Shown: positions 26,851 through 33,967 of the stretch, one piece after another
Layout: every line of letters starts with the position of its first letter
Numbering within the stretch: the stretch's first letter is position 1
DNA from: a virus
Reading direction: 5' to 3' (one strand)
IMG/VR virus record: IMGVR_UViG_3300034010_000197
DNA: 39,675 nucleotides
The notes under the pieces: model-generated
Databases searched by the model: none
Told to the model about the DNA's origin: nothing
Seen by the model: only the letters and a program-made list of their open reading frames with translations
Made by a program: the position numbers and the translations under genes

Positions 26851-28632
26851 TTAATGAGTTTCTTTCCAAGAATTCCCAACTTTATACTCACCGTCCATTT
26901 TACATCTCATTTTAAAATCTTCACCGGCCTTAATAATACCATCTCTAAATAATGATCCTATCTTCTCTGCTATCTCTGGTCTGCATTCTATCTGCGCTTC
27001 GTCGTGTATGTTTCCCACGTAGTTGTAATCTGTTCCTAGTAAGAACCCTTCTTTAGTGTATAGCTCATATGAATTTATTAATGCCTGCTTCATTATTATA
27101 GCGCCAGCTGATTGTATTAAAAGGTTCAAGGCTGAGTATTCTTTTCTCGGATGTAGTGGCCTTCCATCTAAACCATTAAGATATTTCCGTTTTAGAAATA
27201 CGTTCTGTACATCCTTAAGTAATTCTGAGTATCCAGTGAATTGTTCTTCAATTGTGTGGCGTAGCTGTGTACCAAGACGCATAAGCTTTACCGGATCCCT
27301 CTCTGCGACACCCATGTCATCGGCCTTAATCTTTCCTAACTTAGCATTACCAGCTCCATACACCAGTGCATATATCATGGTCTTAGCACTATCACGTTTA
27401 GCTAATCCTGCAAGATCTTTGTTACGTGTGTGTACGTCGCCACTTTCTACCTCGATTGCAAATAAGCCTTTATCGTAGAATGATAGATAGTGTCCTAGTA
27501 CTCTTAGTTCTAAGGATGATGCGTCACAGCCTACTAGCTTAAAGCCTTCACGAGGCTTCCACAAATCACGCATACGTAAATCCTTTTTATCTACCTGTGC
27601 TAGATTAGGTTTGGAGTGTGTACATCTAGAGGTGTTTGCCCCGTTGGTTATAACATCTCCGTGCACTCTTCCTGTGCGGTGATTAACACACTTAATCCAC
27701 GCATATTGTCCGTCGTTTATCATACCTATTTGTTTCTGAAGTCTAAACATTCTCGCAGCAATAGCAGATGATTCAGTACCTATAGAGTCTAGGATTTTCT
27801 CATTAATTTCTGGCTGTCCTGCTTCGGTAAACTCTTTTGGTACCCACCCTAATTCCTTGAAGTATGCTATTAATTGTAGTCTACTGGTTGGATTAGGGTC
27901 AGTAAATTTAAACTCCTTAGTTACTACCTTTTTGTTAGAAGTATATGTATATGAGGTATCATTCTCTGACAGAAGGGCACCTTTCTTAATGACTGTTTTA
28001 TAATGCGTTAAATCCTTTTGTGCTGGCATTAATGAACTTAATTTCTCTCTGAGTTCTTGGTACTCTATATTTAATTCGTCGTATAACTTCTTAGCTCCAT
28101 CTACGTCTAACGTGAATCCAGCCATGATTTGTTGGTTAATTAGATAGGCGAACTTGTGCTCTATGGTTATGAAGGTAGCGTTGATATCTACTTCAGATAT
28201 AAGATGGTTATAAAGTTTTTCGGTTACTACTACGTCCTGTATACAATACTTCACCATTTCTTCAGAGTATTGACTAAAATCATTAAACTCCGATTTATGT
28301 ACGCCTAATCTTTGTCCCCAAGCGTTAAGGCTATGTCCGTTCTCCCGATCTGGGAGTAAGGCCCTACTTATTAGTATAGTATCAACTACTTTGGTAAAGT
28401 CATACTTTACATTATACAATCTTTTTAAACAAGGTAGGTCGTACATCATTATGTTATGACCAACTATCCTATCAGCTTTATCTAATATAGATTGTAATTC
28501 TACTAAGTGCTCTGGGTTCTTAAATGGTGTGAAGGTTCTTGTGGCTGTACCATTGCTGACTACTACGCACCAAACATCTGTAGCGTCTAAGAGTAATCCG
28601 TTTGCCTCAATGTCTAGAAAGTATGTCTTCAT
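26851..28632 (-). CDS. DNA polymerase, family A (T7 gp5-like) with 3'-5' exonuclease domain
   Basis: Exo I FLDIEANG, Exo II GHNIMMYDLP, Exo III YCIQDVVV. Pol motif A GCDASSLELR, motif B RDSAKTMIYALVYGAG, motif C IHDEAQIE. Confidence 0.92.
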   Translation of the reverse strand: MKTYFLDIEANGLLLDATDVWCVVVSNGTATRTFTPFKNPEHLVELQSILDKADRIVGHNIMMYDLPCLKRLYNVKYDFTKVVDTILISRALLPDRENGHSLNAWGQRLGVHKSEFNDFSQYSEEMVKYCIQDVVVTEKLYNHLISEVDINATFITIEHKFAYLINQQIMAGFTLDVDGAKKLYDELNIEYQELREKLSSLMPAQKDLTHYKTVIKKGALLSENDTSYTYTSNKKVVTKEFKFTDPNPTSRLQLIAYFKELGWVPKEFTEAGQPEINEKILDSIGTESSAIAARMFRLQKQIGMINDGQYAWIKCVNHRTGRVHGDVITNGANTSRCTHSKPNLAQVDKKDLRMRDLWKPREGFKLVGCDASSLELRVLGHYLSFYDKGLFAIEVESGDVHTRNKDLAGLAKRDSAKTMIYALVYGAGNAKLGKIKADDMGVAERDPVKLMRLGTQLRHTIEEQFTGYSELLKDVQNVFLKRKYLNGLDGRPLHPRKEYSALNLLIQSAGAIIMKQALINSYELYTKEGFLLGTDYNYVGNIHDEAQIECRPEIAEKIGSLFRDGIIKAGEDFKMRCKMDGEYKVGNSWKETH

Positions 28633-28652
28633 GGTACAACCTTATAAGTTAT

Positions 28653-29123
28653 TTAGAAGTCGAAGCCGTCTCCTGTTGGTGCAAAGGCTTTATCTGATTT
28701 TTTAAATCCAGGTGCCTGGGCTACTGACTTAACTGCGGCTTGTCTTCCCATTGCCTTTTCTCCGTCATCATCTTCAGCAGGAATGCCTAACATTGCCTGT
28801 AGTCCGTATCTTCTAGCGTATGTTATTGCACTACCTAAGGCCTGTGGGTCGTTCTGTTTAGCTACAACTACGGGCGTGGTACCAGATATAAACTCACCAC
28901 TTTCGTGTACTAGCGTTGTCTCTACTCCTGCTTCTGTTACTATCTGTAGGAACGCGATTCCGTTTTTAAGTAATGGCTCTTTGACTACAGAGACTACCTC
29001 TGCTAAGTCGGCGTATTTAGATTTAAAGAATGGGTTAGCTGCATCTTTCTTAGCTGATCCCATTGCTAGCTGTGCTTTTACTAGAGCGGTAGCTAACTTA
29101 CCTATTGATTCACTTCTATTCAT
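28653..29123 (-). CDS. ERF-family single-strand annealing protein
   Basis: 156 aa. KDAANPFFKSKYADLAEV and AITYARRYGLQAMLGI are hallmark Erf motifs. Acidic C-terminal tail. Confidence 0.75.
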   Translation of the reverse strand: MNRSESIGKLATALVKAQLAMGSAKKDAANPFFKSKYADLAEVVSVVKEPLLKNGIAFLQIVTEAGVETTLVHESGEFISGTTPVVVAKQNDPQALGSAITYARRYGLQAMLGIPAEDDDGEKAMGRQAAVKSVAQAPGFKKSDKAFAPTGDGFDF

Positions 29124-29132
29124 AGTTTCCCC

Positions 29133-29717
29133 CTATAATATTTTTACTCTGTTATGTCCTATTCTCTCACGAATCTCAGTAGATGTCAAGATAATATCCA
29201 TACCATTAATGTATGCGAACTTCTGTTCTTCTGTGAGTGCTTTACGTGCTGATGTACTATTTAGTAAGTACTTGTTAAATGCTGTATTAAATTTAGGCTC
29301 AGTTACTAATAGCCCATCCCTATCTGCTATACGTGGGGTGTGGAATAGAACCACTGCTGGACTATTTATGTATATATGATCTGCGTGAGCTAGTATGATT
29401 GCCCCGGCAGACATTACATATTTAGGTACAATGATATCGAAGCTTCCTGTAATGCTTCTCAGTAGAGCAATTACATCTACCATAGATTCTAATTCTCCGC
29501 CATAAGTAGTTAGATTAATGCAGGGTTTGGAAACCTTTCCCAACAGCTGTTTCTTTACACTATCTACCATTTGCTGGTTTACCTCACCATTATATATTAC
29601 ACATGAATTAGCATCGATAGGCTCTGGCTCGGCGTATTGATAAGCAGTATAAATCATTGATGTGGATATTGCCACTGCGCTTACTAATACTATTGCTTGT
29701 TTGAATATTGTATTCAT
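29133..29717 (-). CDS. Membrane-anchored or secreted ClpP/SppA-fold serine protease homologue
   Basis: 194 aa. N-terminal hydrophobic segment AIVLVSAVAISTSMIYTAY. ClpP-like core INLTTYGGELES...VMSAGAIILAHADHIYI...VVLFHTP, with candidate Ser in MSAG and His in FHT. Confidence 0.55.
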   Translation of the reverse strand: MNTIFKQAIVLVSAVAISTSMIYTAYQYAEPEPIDANSCVIYNGEVNQQMVDSVKKQLLGKVSKPCINLTTYGGELESMVDVIALLRSITGSFDIIVPKYVMSAGAIILAHADHIYINSPAVVLFHTPRIADRDGLLVTEPKFNTAFNKYLLNSTSARKALTEEQKFAYINGMDIILTSTEIRERIGHNRVKIL

Positions 29718-29725
29718 ATTATCCT

Positions 29726-29992
29726 CTATATCAGAGATCTAACTACTAGATTATCATATAATTTTAAGTAGTCAATATCTATTTGTTTACATATATCTCT
29801 TAGATAGTCGCTATTAAAAAATTCCTTAGCGTCTTTTCTTAGAAATCTATCTGAAGATTGTAAGTCTATTATACCGTAAACAATTACTGCTAACCACAGT
29901 CTTTTATATTCGGATCCGTAATCATCTTGTCTAAGCTGGTTCTTTCTAAGTGTATCTAATATCTCTAGTAAATCGCTTACATTAGTTTTCAT
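29726..29992 (-). CDS. Hypothetical protein
   Basis: Preferred start MKTNVSDLLEIL (GAGGA SD 8 nt upstream). The track ORF extends 7 codons further. Confidence 0.45.
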   Translation of the reverse strand: MKTNVSDLLEILDTLRKNQLRQDDYGSEYKRLWLAVIVYGIIDLQSSDRFLRKDAKEFFNSDYLRDICKQIDIDYLKLYDNLVVRSLI

Positions 29993-30021
29993 CTTATATA
30001 TCCTCATGTACATATAACTAT

Positions 30022-30048
30022 ATTATATCAGTATGTACAAAAAGTCAA
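30022..30048 (-). promoter_or_regulatory. Candidate internal promoter with an extended -10, embraced by an inverted repeat
   Basis: On the minus strand: TTGACT (30048-43), 15 nt, TGaTATAAT (TATAAT 30027-22). TGTACATA (30007-14) and TATGTACA (30032-39) flank the -10. Confidence 0.45.
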
Positions 30049-30051
30049 GAA

Positions 30052-30705
30052 CTAATTATATAGCAGTTCTATACCGTCGTATATATGCTGTAGGATAATT
30101 CTTTTACTAGGTTGATGCACTACAAAGTTCTTATTATTCTCTAAACAATTCCAAAATCTATTGGTCTCTTCTAGTATAAGATCATGTATTATTTTATTAG
30201 GTTGTATCTCATATCCTATTCCAGGAAATGGGGCGGTAAGGCTTAGACAAGCCAGGATACCTGACTTATATCCACTAATCATTAATTGAGTCTGTACCTG
30301 TAGAATGTATGCAATGGGTGGATTTGAATCCCACTCACGTATTTTCTCTATTGTAGTCTTAGCCTCTACTATATGATTACCTTCTTCACTAATTATATAG
30401 CCATCTAAGCTTGCCGATATCTTAACGGTATCATGCGCAATCATTACTACATTACCGTCTCCGGGTTGTTTAGCAATAATACCTCGTTCACGTAAATCCA
30501 TAAATACAGAACTCTCAAAGATTCTTCCTGCGCGCATATGTATACTATCAAATGGCGGCTCAGGTATGAGTTTGGATTTGATTAGTTTATTGGCTGACTT
30601 ATATGGATTCAATCCAAATAAAGATGCAACTTCGGTAGCAGTTAAATACTGTCTACGTTTGTGTAGCCACTCTGGAGAACCGTTGGTAAATTTAAATACT
30701 TGCAT
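30052..30705 (-). CDS. YqaJ/lambda-Exo-type recombination exonuclease (PD-(D/E)XK)
   Basis: 217 aa. GSPEWLHKRRQYLTATEVASLFGLNPY N-terminal signature. SLDGYI...IVEAKTT and ILQVQTQL core. Confidence 0.75.
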   Translation of the reverse strand: MQVFKFTNGSPEWLHKRRQYLTATEVASLFGLNPYKSANKLIKSKLIPEPPFDSIHMRAGRIFESSVFMDLRERGIIAKQPGDGNVVMIAHDTVKISASLDGYIISEEGNHIVEAKTTIEKIREWDSNPPIAYILQVQTQLMISGYKSGILACLSLTAPFPGIGYEIQPNKIIHDLILEETNRFWNCLENNKNFVVHQPSKRIILQHIYDGIELLYN

Positions 30706-30766
30706 CCTACCCCATTTGTATGGTAATATGTATCATCACTATTCAGTGTAACACAGAGGATGTATA

Positions 30767-31141
30767 ATGTCAACAAGATTTACTAAACGATCTAGATTTA
30801 ATAACGTAAAGGTTACTGTTAATGGTCGTAAGTATGACTCAAGGTCTGAGGCTGAGTACGCAATGACACTAGTGAGGATGCTAGAGCTTAAGCAGATAAA
30901 AAGTATCAAGGAACAAGTAAGATATGCATTACCTAATATGGATGGTAAGTTAAAGATGGCTTACATTGCAGATTTTGTAGTTATAGGTAATAGTGGTAAG
31001 GAATATATAATAGATGTCAAGGGTATGTTAACTCCTGAGATGAAGGTCAAGATGGCGTATTTTCAAACATATCACAATAAAAAAGTCCAGCTGGTTTTTA
31101 CAACTGGACCTAAAGCTTTCGATGTATCGTTCTTAATATAA
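30767..31141 (+). CDS. DUF1064-type PD-(D/E)XK nuclease (possible Holliday-junction resolvase)
   Basis: 124 aa. GRKYDSRSEAEYAMTL...IKEQVRYAL...YIADFVV...YIIDVKG fits the DUF1064 pattern. It is the only + strand gene inside the - strand block. AGAGGA SD. Confidence 0.6.
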   Translation: MSTRFTKRSRFNNVKVTVNGRKYDSRSEAEYAMTLVRMLELKQIKSIKEQVRYALPNMDGKLKMAYIADFVVIGNSGKEYIIDVKGMLTPEMKVKMAYFQTYHNKKVQLVFTTGPKAFDVSFLI

Positions 31142-31243
31142 TTTAATACCAAACGTAATTGCTAGATAGAGGAATGTTATCATACCTACTATATAGGATG
31201 GTAATATAATAAACACTAGTATATTTCTTAATTTAGTTATCAT
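31133..31243 (-). CDS. Micro-ORF, 36-aa single-TM peptide
   Basis: MITKLRNILVFIILPSYIVGMITFLYLAITFGIKLY. ATGA overlap with the upstream micro-ORF. Its 3' end overlaps the convergent DUF1064 gene by 9 nt. Confidence 0.35.
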   Translation of the reverse strand: MITKLRNILVFIILPSYIVGMITFLYLAITFGIKLY

Positions 31244-31338
31244 TGTATAAGCCCTGATAAAATTATAAACATTACTATATAAGTGAATGAGGATACTAAG
31301 AACATCAAAAACATTATATATTCATTTCTATTATCCAT
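31240..31338 (-). CDS. Micro-ORF, 32-aa single-TM peptide
   Basis: MDNRNEYIMFLMFLVSSFTYIVMFIILSGLIQ. The ATG is 2 nt after the clpP stop, with AAGAGG 5 nt upstream. Confidence 0.4.
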   Translation of the reverse strand: MDNRNEYIMFLMFLVSSFTYIVMFIILSGLIQ

Positions 31339-31340
31339 AA

Positions 31341-31931
31341 CTACCTCTTTTTCATTATTGAATCTACTAGGCCGTAATTAACTGATGCCTCTGCATCCAA
31401 CCATAAATCTCTTGTAGTATCTTTTAGGATCTTACCAAGTGTGTGACCAGTATTATCAGCTAATATTTGCATAAGTTTTTTGTTAAGTTTTTTAGTGTGT
31501 TCGAACGATGCTTCCATATCCTGTACGTTACCACGCGTTCCTGCTGAAACCTGATGTAGCATGAACTGAGCATTTGGTAATATAAACCTTTTACCTAATG
31601 TTCCTGAGGAAGCTATTACTGAGCCCATAGAGCATGCGTATCCAGTTACAACTGTAACTACGTCTGGCTTGATTAGATTCATCGTATCTACTATAGATGT
31701 TCCTGATACTACGCATCCACCAGGTGAGTTAATGTACATATAAATATCAGCATTCTTATCTTCTGATTCTAATAATAATAACTGGGCTATTATATCATCA
31801 GACATTAAATGATTAACTTCGCCATTAACAAATATGATGCGTTCCCTGAGTAATCTGGAATAAACATCCATGGCTTTGACACCCTTGTCGCTTACTTCGT
31901 ATGTTGTTGGTATAATTCTATTGTTGGTCAT
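31341..31931 (-). CDS. clpP: ATP-dependent Clp protease proteolytic subunit ClpP
   Basis: Colinear with bacterial ClpP: RIIFVNGEV...IYMYINSPGG...GYACSMGSVI (Ser), FMLHQV (His), TRDLWLDAEASVNYGLVD (Asp). ATG at 31931 preferred over the TTG at 31949. Confidence 0.9.
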   Translation of the reverse strand: MTNNRIIPTTYEVSDKGVKAMDVYSRLLRERIIFVNGEVNHLMSDDIIAQLLLLESEDKNADIYMYINSPGGCVVSGTSIVDTMNLIKPDVVTVVTGYACSMGSVIASSGTLGKRFILPNAQFMLHQVSAGTRGNVQDMEASFEHTKKLNKKLMQILADNTGHTLGKILKDTTRDLWLDAEASVNYGLVDSIMKKR

Positions 31932-32592
31932 CGTTATCCTCATGATCAATTACTTTAGGTTCTTCTTTGGCTGGTATACTGTATTGTATCACATAATTCT
32001 TAACATCTTCGTTCTTGGTTTCTATACTAGCCTTACGTGGTGTTTGGTATACAGATAGTTCCTTAGCTAATTTCATTGCTGTACTTAAGTCTAAGTTAAG
32101 CTTACTACCATTTTTCAATATCAATTGTTGGAACTTAACTGCATCCCCATCAGCTTCATCAAATATTGCATTGAGTGTGGCCTGCTGATCTTTAGCTATC
32201 TTAACAGTTTTAGGTCTACCATTAGCATTTCCTGAAACACCTTTAACGAACTTACCTCTATTACGTATTGAGGTAAGACCTTCTATATCTTTTATAGTTA
32301 TAGATCCAGGCTCTGCCTCATAACGTATATCATTACCTTTTTCTTTATTCTGTGCGTGAGTTATAACCTGTAAGTTAGCTGGTACGTGTAGTCCGCATAC
32401 TATTGGATTATTAACTGGTATTATATGATCTACTTCATGCTGTACGCCTGTTGTTGCGCTTAGATGTTTTGCTAAATCATAGAACTTATTAATATGTGTC
32501 TTTTGTTCTACTGTTAGCCAGGAAGGGGTAGCTGATTTAAGGCTATCCCTACGTCCGGCGCATTTATCTTTGTTTTTATTTATGTCTGCCAT
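31918..32592 (-). CDS. HNH endonuclease fused to a C-terminal SGNxNGRPK (DUF5681/TerS-like) domain
   Basis: HNH core HEVDHIIPVNNPIVCGLHVPANLQVITHAQNKEKGN. C-terminal half FVKGVSGNANGRPKTVK followed by a helical region. Confidence 0.75.
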   Translation of the reverse strand: MADINKNKDKCAGRRDSLKSATPSWLTVEQKTHINKFYDLAKHLSATTGVQHEVDHIIPVNNPIVCGLHVPANLQVITHAQNKEKGNDIRYEAEPGSITIKDIEGLTSIRNRGKFVKGVSGNANGRPKTVKIAKDQQATLNAIFDEADGDAVKFQQLILKNGSKLNLDLSTAMKLAKELSVYQTPRKASIETKNEDVKNYVIQYSIPAKEEPKVIDHEDNDDQQ

Positions 32593-32689
32593 ATCTATGT
32601 GCCTTTCTTTCTGCTGATGTTTCTAGTGCAAGTTTTAGTGTTGCTGGTATTACTAAATAAGCTACGCTTACTAATATTAAAGTTGTCAT
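32576..32689 (-). CDS. Micro-ORF, 37-aa single-TM peptide
   Basis: MTTLILVSVAYLVIPATLKLALETSAERKAHRYGRHK. AAGAGG SD 7 nt upstream. It overlaps the HNH start. Preferred over the 61-aa track ORF 32595..32780. Confidence 0.4.
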   Translation of the reverse strand: MTTLILVSVAYLVIPATLKLALETSAERKAHRYGRHK

Positions 32690-32712
32690 CGTATTTACCT
32701 CTTATATTAAGT

Positions 32713-32985
32713 TTATTGTAATTTCTCAAGAATGTCAAGAGAATCTTTATAGTGTCCATATATTTCTTTATACATCTCAAAGCTTACTACTTTGGATTTA
32801 CTTGTGTGGGCTTTTAGTAATTCGTACATAGCTTCGTTATGTTGTACTTCGTCTTCTAAAGACTCTAAATAGCTATCTAATTCGGAACCTTTTACTAACA
32901 TTACTTGGTTTTCTTCGTCATTTACTGCTACATCGCTCCAACCTAATGTGTCATCAGTTACGAAATCTTTATAATATATAAACAT
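32713..32985 (-). CDS. Hypothetical acidic protein
   Basis: 90 aa, with an AGGAGG SD 5 nt upstream of the ATG. Confidence 0.55.
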   Translation of the reverse strand: MFIYYKDFVTDDTLGWSDVAVNDEENQVMLVKGSELDSYLESLEDEVQHNEAMYELLKAHTSKSKVVSFEMYKEIYGHYKDSLDILEKLQ

Positions 32986-32994
32986 GGCTTCCTC

Positions 32995-33291
32995 CTATTG
33001 GAAAATTTTATTACGTTTTCTTTGTTGTATACTTTGTTTCATGTGTTCTTTGTGAGCTTCGTTATCGGCTCTTAAGTAACCATTGCTTAAATATACTTTA
33101 ATACTGTAGGCACAAATTAAACCACCAACTATTAATAAGGTTAATATAACAAGTCTATATATTACATATTGGTCTACAGTCAATACTTGGAAGTGTGTAA
33201 GTAGTTCACCAACCAACCAAGCTGCGTCTGCAGCTACTACACCCACGCCTGCTGCTGTGGCGATTATGAATGGGCTTTGAATCTTGGTCAT
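32995..33291 (-). CDS. Small membrane protein (2-3 TM)
   Basis: 98 aa. FIIATAAGVGVVAADAAWLVGELL and LVILTLLIVGGLICAYSI hydrophobic segments, with a basic C-terminus. Confidence 0.5.
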   Translation of the reverse strand: MTKIQSPFIIATAAGVGVVAADAAWLVGELLTHFQVLTVDQYVIYRLVILTLLIVGGLICAYSIKVYLSNGYLRADNEAHKEHMKQSIQQRKRNKIFQ

Positions 33292-33378
33292 CTTATTTTC
33301 CTACTTTATTCTGTGAGGGTTAATTCCCTCTATAACTTAAGTATCGCTCTTTTCTAAACCGAAGTCAATACATTTTAT

Positions 33379-33564
33379 TTAAAAATGTCTACCATCTTCA
33401 AAATGATTAGGCATGTCAGTATCTGAGCCGATTAAGCTCTGCTCTATACCTAATTCTGGTGCAAAGATATATATTAGAGTTATAAGTACTACAGCAATTA
33501 TTACTAATGATAGTATTATTCTATTACTGTCCCTTTGTTGTGCTATATAAAATTCATCTAACAT
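33379..33564 (-). CDS. Small single-TM membrane protein
   Basis: 61 aa. IILSLVIIAVVLITLIYIFA. Confidence 0.5.
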   Translation of the reverse strand: MLDEFYIAQQRDSNRIILSLVIIAVVLITLIYIFAPELGIEQSLIGSDTDMPNHFEDGRHF

Positions 33565-33568
33565 TTTA

Positions 33569-33649
33569 TTACCCCATTAATATTGTTACTACAATTATGC
33601 CTACATAACTTAAGAAGGCTACTAGTTTATATATTTCTGTTGAATTCAT
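33569..33649 (-). CDS. Micro-ORF, 26-aa single-TM peptide
   Basis: MNSTEIYKLVAFLSYVGIIVVTILMG. Strong AGGAGG SD 5 nt upstream. Its stop is 4 nt before the next ATG. Confidence 0.5.
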   Translation of the reverse strand: MNSTEIYKLVAFLSYVGIIVVTILMG

Positions 33650-33668
33650 TTCTTCCTCCTGGCGACAC

Positions 33669-33770
33669 CTACCCGATTAAAGCTACAAGTAGAGTTACTC
33701 CTATTATTATTAATACATATACTGTTACTGATCTTAGTGTTAGGTTTTCTAGTTCGTTATTGTTTTTCAT
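33669..33770 (-). CDS. Micro-ORF, 33-aa single-TM peptide (first gene of the leftward operon)
   Basis: MKNNNELENLTLRSVTVYVLIIIGVTLLVALIG. Weak AAGAG SD. Confidence 0.35.
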   Translation of the reverse strand: MKNNNELENLTLRSVTVYVLIIIGVTLLVALIG

Positions 33771-33796
33771 TTTATTAACTCTTTGGTTATATTATT

Positions 33797-33825
33797 ATTG
33801 TACTCCTAAAAAAATATCAATACAA
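33797..33825 (-). promoter_or_regulatory. Candidate promoter of the leftward (replication) operon
   Basis: On the minus strand: TTGTAT (33825-20), 17 nt, TACAAT (33802-797), about 27 nt upstream of the first micro-ORF. The -35 is weak. Confidence 0.3.
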
Positions 33826-33925
33826 GTAAAATCTTTAGTAGGCTCCTGTGCTAGGTGGAACCTAGCTAGATTCAATATTCGTAAAAAGTCAAGTTATTTT
33901 TATACAATAATTATGTTACAAACCC

Positions 33926-33955
33926 TTGACAAGGCTATTTTAAACTTGCTATTAT
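33926..33955 (+). promoter_or_regulatory. Strong sigma70-type promoter A (rightward operon)
   Basis: cTTGACA (33926-31), 18 nt, TGcTATTAT (33947-55). The architecture is identical to promoter B at 39240..39269. Confidence 0.7.
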
Positions 33956-33967
33956 ACTAGAAGCTAA

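Noticed and set aside
28783-29379. 198-aa ORF on the plus strand
   Set aside because: It spans the antisense of both erf and the ClpP-fold protease gene, which both carry clear family motifs. It is a shadow ORF.
32595-32780. 61-aa minus-strand ORF
   Set aside because: It overlaps the 3' end of the SD-preceded gene 32713..32985 by 68 nt and has no SD. The 37-aa TM micro-ORF 32576..32689, which has an AAGAGG SD, explains the gap better.
33583-33960. 125-aa plus-strand ORF (TTG start) across the divergent control region
   Set aside because: It has a non-ATG start and no SD. It overlaps two SD-preceded minus-strand micro-ORFs and runs through promoter A.
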